DNA of 6,236 nucleotides from Octopus sinensis (Eukaryota). How positions within the stretch are numbered: position 1 is the first letter of the stretch; every line of letters begins with the position of its first letter. Position numbers and translations under genes: made by a program. The notes under the pieces were generated by a model, which saw only the letters and a list, made by a program, of their open reading frames with translations, was not told the origin of the DNA and did not search any database. Shown here piece after piece: positions 1 through 6,236 of the stretch. The stretch lies in NCBI RefSeq assembly GCF_006345805.1, contig NW_021829420.1, forward strand, positions 1-6,236. The letters run 5' to 3'.

Positions 1-18
1 ATCTCTTGCACACCTTGT

Positions 19-117
19 ATGTATGTATCTATCTATCTATCTATACTAAATATTTATATCTATATATGTGTGATTGTGTGTATGTCTATATATCTAACAC
101 TGCTTTTGTTGCACATA

Positions 118-154
<37 letters not shown>

Positions 155-283
155 TATACATATATAAAATACATTTTCTTTATCTAATAGCATTACACAT
201 GATACAACTTGTTATATGCACACATGCATACATTCATAAATTCACACAGTCATACGTACACACATTTGTGTGTGTGTGTGTGT
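19..283. repeat. Compound microsatellite region: (TATG)/(TATC)n, (TA)n at 120-166, (TG)n at 267-283
   Basis: Simple repeats read directly from the sequence. Confidence 0.9.
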
Positions 284-617
284 TTCTTTAAGATGATGTT
301 TCTAAAGCAATTTCAAGAATAGCAACATGATGTTTACTGAAAATGTGACTCAATCCTAAAAGTAGAGTCGGACACACAGAGTTCGTTTTGACAGGGTTTT
401 TAAGCTTGATGGTTTTTTTTCATTCCACCAATTCTAGTTAAAGAAGCCATCAAGCAAGATTTCTTATATAAAGAATCGTTATATATGTGTTTATGTATCA
501 ATATAAAGAGAAATGCCTGTATAAACATGAGGAGGAAAAAAATCCACAGTGATTAACCCTTTCATTACTGTATTTATTTTGAGATGCTCTGTGTTTCTTT
601 CAATTAATTTTAAATCC

Positions 618-933
618 TCATCATCATCATCATCATCATCGTTTAACGTCCGTTTTCCATGCTTGCATGGGTTGGACAGTTCAACTGGGGTCTGGGAAGC
701 CAGAAGGCTGCGCCAGGCCCAGTCTGATCTGGCAGTGTTTCTACAGCTGGATGCCCTTCCTAACGCCAACCACTCCATGAGTGTAAGTGGGTGCTTTTTT
801 ACGTGCCACCTGCACAGGTGCCAGATGAGTCTGGCAAACAGCCATGATCAGATGGTGCTTTTTATGTGCCACCAGCACAGAGGCCAGGCAAGGCTGGCAA
901 TGGCCACAATCGGATGGTGCTTTTTACGTGCCA
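618..933 (-). mobile_element. (GAT)n-tailed retroposon (SINE or RTE-like 3' end), copy 1, longest, nested in the MITE
   Basis: (TCA)n at 618-640 then GTTTAACGTCCGTTTTCCATGC...GCTGGATGCCCTTCCTAACGCCAACCACTCC. Closely similar copies at 1887-1978 and 5769-5943. The trinucleotide tail and variable truncation at the opposite end place the element on the minus strand. Confidence 0.85.
790..933. repeat. About 63-bp tandem sub-repeat (2.3 units) inside retroposon copy 1
   Basis: GGTGCTTTTT(T)A(C/T)GTGCCA recurs at 790, 854 and 916 (spacing 64 and 62). Confidence 0.85.
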
Positions 934-1240
934 ACTTAGTTATCATTCAGCTAGTGTTAGGAACATAAAATGTGACTAAGGTTTGGTGGAAGATTTTAAT
1001 TCAAAACTTATGAAAACAAGACATTTGTACCTCAGAACCAGTGCCGGTTTCAGCCAGGTTGGTCACGAAAGGGTTAAAGAATTCAATTTATGACAGGTTG
1101 TTAAACTGCAACTCCTGACTGCAGTAAAACCAGATGGAATCAACTTGCATTTATGATTTGATTGGCTAAAATGATCATTTAGAGTAACATATTTAGAATA
1201 GATACATACATACATACACTTGCACACACATAGATATCAA

Positions 1241-1510
1241 CATCATCATCATCAGCCCCTCTATTTACATTACTGTGTCTCAGGTCCTAGAATCTCATAG
1301 GGTCAATTACCTGACTCATATGACATTTAAGGGATTAAGATCACAACATTAGCCCTTAAGGGGACTCCATTTCTTCACAGGGTTTACAACTGAATGAAAT
1401 GGAGCCACATGAAATGAAGTGTTTTGCTTAATGTATTGCTGGTCTGGGAATTGAAACCACAAACTTGCAGTTGTGAGTACGACATCCAAACCATTAGGTC
1501 ATACACCTTC
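1241..1510 (-). mobile_element. Degraded tRNA-derived SINE with CORE-like centre; 3' boundary tentative
   Basis: The minus strand reads an A-box-like TGACCTAATGGTTTGG, a B-box-like GGTTTCAATTCCC, then TAAGCAAAACACTTCATTTC (CORE-like). The head at about 1385-1510 is well supported. Extension to the (GAT)n run at 1241-1253 is inferred. Confidence 0.55.
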
Positions 1511-1512
1511 AG

Positions 1513-1543
<31 letters not shown>

Positions 1544-1546
1544 TAT

Positions 1547-1624
<78 letters not shown>
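1513..1624. repeat. Imperfect (TA)n microsatellite
   Basis: Direct reading. Confidence 0.95.
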
Positions 1625-1625
1625 A

Positions 1626-1852
1626 GGCCGCGAGCTGGCAGAAACGTTAGCATGTCGGTCGAAATACTTAGTTGTATTTCAGCTGCCATTACGTTCTGAG
1701 TTCAAATTCTGCCGAGGTCAACTTTGCCTTTCATCCTTTTGGGGTCGATAAATTAAGTACTAGTTACACACTGGGTTCGATGTAACCGACTTAAGCTCTT
1801 TGTCTGTCCTTGTTTGTCCCCTCTATGTTTAGCCCCTCATGGGCAATAAAGA

Positions 1853-1856
<4 letters not shown>
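1626..1856 (+). mobile_element. Apparently full-length tRNA-derived SINE with Deu/Nin-like central domain
   Basis: GG start, A-box-like TGGCAGAAACG (1636-1646) and B-box-like GAGTTCAAATTCT (1698-1710). Then GTCAACTTTGCCTTTCATCCTTTTGGGGTCGATAAATTAAGTAC, which resembles the Deu/Nin domain as I recall it. Ends in AATAAAGAAATA, with (TA)n on both sides. Confidence 0.75.
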
Positions 1857-1885
<29 letters not shown>

Positions 1886-1886
1886 A

Positions 1887-1978
1887 TCATCATCATCATC
1901 ATTTAACGTCCGTTTTCCATGCTAGCATAGGTTGGACAGTTCGACTGGGGTCTGGTAAGCCATGGAGGCTGCACCAGG
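1887..1978 (-). mobile_element. (GAT)n-tailed retroposon, copy 2, heavily 5'-truncated
   Basis: Aligns to 618-718 and 5769-5870. Similarity stops after GCACCAGG. TA-rich sequence on both sides. Confidence 0.85.
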
Positions 1979-2105
1979 TTATATATACACATATATATAA
2001 TCTCAAATGTAATCTCATATACATGGAGATATTTTGCAGGTTTTTATGCAATTCCTATCAAAGGAATTTCAGTCATTACATCTTTGGTCAATTCACATCA
2101 CTAAA

Positions 2106-2207
2106 AGAAGAAAGTCGTAGGCCGAGGTGCCATGCTGCAGAATTGAACCAGAGACTACATCGTTGATTTAAAAGGAACTTCTAATCATAATCACACAGCC
2201 GTATGCC
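2106..2207 (-). mobile_element. Old tRNA-derived SINE 5' fragment
   Basis: The minus strand reads GGCATACGGCTGTGTGATT (A-box-like), GGTTCAATTCT (B-box-like, plus 2139-2149), then GCATGGCACCTCGGC, similar to the CACCTTGGGC core start of the SINE at 5281-5682. Confidence 0.5.
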
Positions 2208-2330
2208 AACATGGCACACGGGGATAATTACTTATTCAATAATTTCTTAACTTCACCCTAGCTGCATGCAGTCAAACCTTTTACCGGAACAAGTCAAGGA
2301 GCATAATAGATAAAATTTCATCTTTTTACA

Positions 2331-2444
2331 TATGCGTGTACGTGTGTGTGTATGCGTATGCGTATCTGTGTGTACGCCTGTGTGTATGTGTGTGTGTGTA
2401 TGTGTGTGTGTATGCGTGTGTGTATGTGGTAATGTATGTGTGTG
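2331..2444. repeat. (GT)n/(GTAT)n microsatellite
   Basis: Direct reading. Confidence 0.9.
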
Positions 2445-2549
2445 TCTTACTAGTCATATTGATCATGGTGGTTGTAGTGGTGGTGGTGGTTTTTCAGAGT
2501 TGAATTTGGTTCTGATGGCTTCCTTTTTACTTCTCTTTTACGTAAGAAA

Positions 2550-2550
2550 T

Positions 2551-2587
<37 letters not shown>

Positions 2588-2628
2588 AACTACAACTACT
2601 ACTACCACCACCACCACCACCACTACTA
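2550..2628. repeat. Compound (CTA)n(CCA)n microsatellite
   Basis: Direct reading. Confidence 0.95.
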
Positions 2629-2679
2629 TACTGGTTTTGATTCTTTGGTTGCTCATAAGGGTGGCATCTTTATTTGAAT

Positions 2680-3025
2680 GTGTGTATACATGCATGTACA
2701 TATGTATGTATGTATGTATGTGTGTATATATGTATGTAGGTATGTATGCATTTGTGTGTGTATATAAGTATGTATATATGCTATATAAGTATGTATATAT
2801 GCTATATATGTATGCACATATGTATGTATGCATATATGTCTATCTATGTATGTATGTATGTGTGTATGTGTGTACATATGTATGTAGGTATGTATGCATT
2901 TGTGTGTGTATATAAGTATGTATATATGTTATATATGTATGTACATATGTATGTATGTATGTATGCATACATGTGTATGTATGTATGTATGTATGTGTGT
3001 ATGTATGTGTGTGTAGTTATGTATG
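2680..3025. repeat. (GTAT)n-based satellite with a higher-order 148-bp duplication
   Basis: 2728-2780 is identical to 2876-2928. A 21-bp unit TATATAAGTATGTATATATGC is doubled at 2761-2802. Confidence 0.85.
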
Positions 3026-3040
3026 TGCCTTGCTGTGCAG

Positions 3041-3210
3041 CCAAAGAGATTGCAGAAGTGCGAAAAAAGATCTCCCGCTATCCTCTACCGAGGAAACGCC
3101 AAAGCTTAAAACCTGTTGATGAAATGCGATCCCGCAGAGACTTTCACAGCCAATTAACAACTGATTCAGCAACACAAACAAACAGGAAAATGGTTCTAGA
3201 GAATCAATGA
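3041..3210 (+). other. Candidate coding exon of an unknown gene (unverified)
   Basis: A non-repetitive island after TGCTGTGCAG. Frame KEIAEVRKKISRYPLPRKRQSLKPVDEMRSRRDFHSQLTTDSATQTNRKMVLENQ* with TGA at 3208-3210 and AATAAA at 3284-3289. No family recognised, and the polypyrimidine tract is weak. Confidence 0.2.
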
Positions 3211-3596
3211 AAAGACTTTAATACCAGGCAAGACAGGGTTCTTTCTATTCTGGCAACAAAACTGCACTCAAGTTTCACTGGAGAATAAATACGGTTAGCA
3301 TAAGAGAAACAAAAGGAAAATGAGGTGGAGGGGGGGTTGAGAGAAAAGAAGAGATAAATGATGAAGAAAAAAAAAGAAGAGGGAGAGAAAATGGGGGAAA
3401 ATGAAAGAAATAATGAAAGGAAGAGAGAAAGAAAGAACAAAAGAGAAGAAGGGAAAGCGAAAGCGAAAGAAAGAAATGAAAGAAGGAAGAAAGAAAGGAA
3501 AAATGGCCAACTTCAACTGTCTTGCAAGATGAAAGAATGTCAAAGAAATTGCAAATTTACAATGGTTGTAATAATTATTATCAGCAAGATTTGTGG

Positions 3597-3790
3597 CCAG
3601 TGGTGGTGGTCGTGGTTGTGATGATGGTGTTGGGGGAGCAGTGGTGGTGACGACGGTGGTGATTTTGGTGATGGTGGGGTTTGTCTTTGTCGTCATCATT
3701 GATAATCATTGTGATGGTGGTGGTGGTGCTGATGATGATGATGGTGCTGGTGCTGGTGCTGGTGGTGCTGGTGGCAGTGGTGGTCATCAT
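3597..3790. repeat. Cryptic trinucleotide repeat (GGT/GAT/GCT)
   Basis: Direct reading. Confidence 0.85.
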
Positions 3791-3913
3791 CTCCATTGGA
3801 CGAGAAGGTCGAGGCAGAAGAGAAGGAAAGAAAGAATCGGAGAAAACAAGAAACCAAACCAAACCAGAGAAGGTAAAGAGATCCTCTCTCGAAACCACAT
3901 CAATTGGTGATTC

Positions 3914-3953
3914 AAAGAAAGAAAGAAAGAAAGAAAGAAAGAAACGAAGAAAC

Positions 3954-3994
<41 letters not shown>

Positions 3995-4102
3995 AAAAGA
4001 AAGAAAGGAAGGAAGGAAGGAAGGAAGAAGGAAGGAAGGAAGGAAGAAAGAAAGAAGAAGGAAGGAAGAAAGAAAGAAAGGAAGGAAGGAAGGAAGGAAG
4101 AA

Positions 4103-4135
<33 letters not shown>

Positions 4136-4177
4136 AGAAGAAGGAAGGAAAGAAAGAAGGAAGAAAGAAAGAAAGAA

Positions 4178-4245
<68 letters not shown>

Positions 4246-4249
4246 AAAA
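3914..4249. repeat. (AAAG)n/(AAGG)n polypurine microsatellite
   Basis: Only two pyrimidines (3945, 3953). 3954-4249 is purine-only. Confidence 0.97.
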
Positions 4250-4865
4250 TAATAAAGTTCATATTTTCTTCAGTTATAAAAAAAAATAATCATGAAGCTT
4301 TAGAAATGAGACAAATGTTCTCCACATGACCACCAAAACTGGTAGAAATAGAAGCCAAACCACCTTTAATTGACACTGAGTAGTTATAAATAAGGAAAGG
4401 ACACATTAAGTAATGTATTTCTTAGATATACTGTGGTACATACTGACAACAGAATATACTAAGAGATATACTAACAACCGCAAGATATACAGGCAGCGTC
4501 TTTCACCAGAAAGCTGATTCGTTACTGAAACTGGCCAATGGCAAACCTGTTTGGGATCAAGCATGGAAGAGGACCAAAGAAGAATTAATGAGGGTGCCTC
4601 AGAGTGTGACTCACACAGAAGAAATCTCTCTATGGGTCATAGTGCTAGTATATTTATCTAGATAAATATTTCAATCACCTGAAGATTGACTGTAACTCGA
4701 ACTTTTACGAATTGGACAGCCATGAAACGATCGTAGTGTTATACTCATTATCTTTTTTTAATAATTTTGATATATATTTAAAATAATATAAATTAATTAA
4801 TCTTATGTATTGGCTTAAGTTTTTCATTGTATGATTTGCCTAATAGTGGTTTTATCTCTAATTTA

Positions 4866-4912
4866 ATATAATATATATATATTATATTATATATATATAT
4901 ATATATATATAT
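4866..4912. repeat. Imperfect (TA)n microsatellite
   Basis: Direct reading. Confidence 0.9.
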
Positions 4913-4979
4913 GTAGGTCCCGGGTTGAGTCGGGTTAACCACAGTAAATAAGGTACTCAATACATTGCAGAGTAAAGTA

Positions 4980-5037
4980 ATTTATTTTATAGAAGGAGCT
5001 TCTACAGGACTGTAGAAGCTCCTTCTATAAAATAAAT
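4980..5037. repeat. Perfect inverted repeat, 28-bp arms with a 2-nt spacer
   Basis: ATTTATTTTATAGAAGGAGCTTCTACAG (4980-5007), GA, CTGTAGAAGCTCCTTCTATAAAATAAAT (5010-5037). The arms are exact reverse complements. Confidence 0.97.
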
Positions 5038-5066
5038 ATATATATGTATCATTTATTCAGAGTCAG

Positions 5067-5109
5067 AAGGATAGCACCTACTACATGACTTGATAGCTAA
5101 AAGCTACCT
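5067..5109 (+). repeat. Left arm of long-range inverted repeat (partner 6194-6236)
   Basis: AAGGATAGCACCTACTACATGACTTGATAGCTAAAAGCTACCT matches the reverse complement of 6194-6236 at 41/43 positions. Confidence 0.95.
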
Positions 5110-5280
5110 GTATGTAGAGGCTTGTTCTAGTGAGAGGAGATTCACATGGACGGACATTTGATCACTAGAAATAGCAGCTGAATCTTCATTATTTTACAAA
5201 TAGAACTTATTGCATCATTGAATTCCTGTACAATCTGATTCTTAAAAAGAAGACAGAAAGTAAACAACAACAACAACATA

Positions 5281-5399
5281 GACACAGGTGTGGGTGGGTG
5301 GGTGAACTTATGTTCAGTCTTGCTTCACCTTGGGCAAGTATCTTCTTCTCTAACCCCAGGCTGACCAGAGCCTTGTGAATGGATGCTTGTCATGTATGT

Positions 5400-5430
<31 letters not shown>

Positions 5431-5682
5431 CATGCATGCATGTATGTATACATATATGAGTATGTGTATGTCTTTCTGTTTTCTGTTTTATTCCCCATCA
5501 TTGTTTGACAATCGGTGTTGGTTTGTTTACATTCCTGTAACTTAGTGGTTTGGCAAAAGAAACTGATAGTGTTAGAGGCAAGTTTAAAAGGTTATATAAG
5601 TCCCAGTATCGATTTGCTTGATTAAATCGCTCAGGATGGTGCTCCAGTATGGCCAAAGTCCAATGACTAAAACAAGTAAAAG
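5281..5682 (+). mobile_element. CORE-type tRNA-derived SINE with an internal (GT)n tract and a partly deleted head (octopus OR-like family, from memory)
   Basis: Remnant B-box GTTCAGTC, then CACCTTGGGCAAGT (CORE hallmark, as in MIR). Internal microsatellite at about 5394-5470. The 3' part ends ATGACTAAAACAAGTAAAAG. Confidence 0.65.
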
Positions 5683-5768
5683 GTGAAAAAAGGAAAGGTA
5701 TTTTCATGGGTGGGGGCCAGCTTGATGAGATCTAATCTGGAGGAAAAACCATGATAAGACTTTAAGTA

Positions 5769-5943
5769 ATCATCATCATCATCATCATCATCGTTTAACA
5801 TCCGTTCTCCATGCTAGCATGGGTTGGACGGTTCGACCGGGGATCTGGTAAGCCCGAAGGCTGCACCAGGCTCCAGTCTTATCTGGCAATGTTTCTACAG
5901 CTGGATGCCCTTCCTAACGCCAACCACTCCGTGAGTGTAATGG
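5769..5943 (-). mobile_element. (GAT)n-tailed retroposon, copy 3, 5'-truncated just before the tandem sub-repeats
   Basis: (ATC)n at 5769-5792, then colinear with 641-790 of copy 1. Confidence 0.88.
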
Positions 5944-6120
5944 AAAGAAGAAAAAAAAATGAAAATTCTGTGAAGTTTTTAAATAATTAGGAAATAAAAA
6001 TTGAAGGTTGAGTTAGTACAGGTGAAGCACTACCTCAGGCAGATCAACAGGTGACAACAACAGTACCATCCATCACTAATATGTATGCCTTATGTGTGTT
6101 TGACATAATCCATTGATCAG

Positions 6121-6187
6121 TGAAGCATTGCTTCCTTGCCCTAAGGGGTCTTTGACAGGGTACCTTCTGTTGGCAGCCTTTGGAATG
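6121..6187 (+). other. Candidate 67-nt internal exon (unverified)
   Basis: Acceptor GATCAG at 6115-6120 and consensus donor ATG|GTGAGT at 6187/6188. One open frame, EALLPCPKGSLTGYLLLAAFGM, ends on a codon boundary. An alternative acceptor TTTGACAG ends at 6158. Confidence 0.3.
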
Positions 6188-6193
6188 GTGAGT

Positions 6194-6236
6194 AGATAGC
6201 TTTTAGCTATCAAGTCTTGTAGTAGGTGCTATCCTT
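6194..6236 (-). repeat. Right arm of long-range inverted repeat, truncated by the window end
   Basis: The reverse complement AAGGATAGCACCTACTACAAGACTTGATAGCTAAAAGCTATCT matches 5067-5109 with 2 mismatches. Confidence 0.95.

Larger units (their letters stand above)
557..1073. mobile_element. piggyBac-type non-autonomous DNA transposon (MITE), about 200 bp after removing a nested retroposon
   Basis: TTAA at 553-556 and 1074-1077. Termini CCCTTTC (557-563) and GAAAGGG (1067-1073) are exact inverted repeats, and 10 of the first 13 bases match. A TTAA target duplication with CCC...GGG ends is the piggyBac signature. Confidence 0.75.

Noticed and set aside
19-291. 90-aa ORF
   Set aside because: Translation of TA/TATC/TG microsatellites (IYIY runs).
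819-840. Hammerhead-like CAGATGAG...AAAC
   Set aside because: Lacks the CTGATGA and GAAA core and the three-stem arrangement.
790-933. CRISPR-like repeat-spacer appearance
   Set aside because: Eukaryotic context, the 'spacers' are homologous to each other, and the array lies within a retroposon.
491-968. Overlapping ORFs 491-778(-) and 549-968(+)
   Set aside because: They run across the MITE and the nested retroposon. The poly-D and poly-S come from the (CAT)n tail.
346-1318. Additional TGACTCA (AP-1) sites at 346-352 and 1312-1318
   Set aside because: A 7-mer at a frequency compatible with chance.
1626-1712. tRNA gene
   Set aside because: A and B boxes are present but there is no cloverleaf or T-run terminator, and it continues into a SINE body.
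1810-2166. 118-aa ORF and possible acceptor TTTTGCAG at 2032-2039
   Set aside because: A mosaic of SINE end, (TA)n, retroposon and an antisense SINE head, with no convincing donor.
2332-3044. Several ORFs rich in VC/MY/HTYI/poly-L/poly-V
   Set aside because: Simple-repeat translations.
3204-4329. K/E/R-rich, F/L/S-rich and poly-G/V/T ORFs
   Set aside because: Products of the AAAG and GGT/GAT repeats, open in many frames on both strands. The donor-like AAG|GTAAAG near 3873 has no credible acceptor.
5125-5277. Possible additional repeat fragment ending in (AAC)n
   Set aside because: It looks familiar, but there is no second copy or diagnostic motif in the window, so it cannot be supported without a database search.
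5289-5303. G-quadruplex motif in (GGGT)3
   Set aside because: Only three GGG runs.
5498-5707. 69-aa minus-strand ORF
   Set aside because: Antisense to the SINE 3' half.
5998-6054. Short frame KLKVELVQVKHYLRQINR with CAG|GTGACA
   Set aside because: Purine/A-rich upstream sequence with no acceptor tract, and too short to distinguish from chance.

Overview
AT-rich, microsatellite-dense eukaryotic non-coding DNA (intronic or intergenic). The repeat families look like those of octopus (Octopodidae); this is pattern recognition from memory, not a database result. No complete gene is supported, and nearly all ORFs in the track are translations of simple repeats or of mobile elements. Supported features: a TTAA-flanked piggyBac-type MITE (557-1073) interrupted by a retroposon; three same-orientation copies of that (GAT)n-tailed retroposon; several tRNA-derived SINEs (CORE-like and Deu/Nin-like); and many microsatellites. 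The repeats leave two strong structures unexplained. One is a perfect 28-bp-arm fold-back palindrome (4980-5037). The other is a long-range inverted repeat of at least 43 bp (5067-5109 / 6194-6236, 41/43 identity, cut by the window edge) whose right arm starts 7 nt after a consensus splice donor of a candidate 67-nt exon. That layout would suit exon loop-out, back-splicing or an ADAR substrate, but it could equally be transposon termini.
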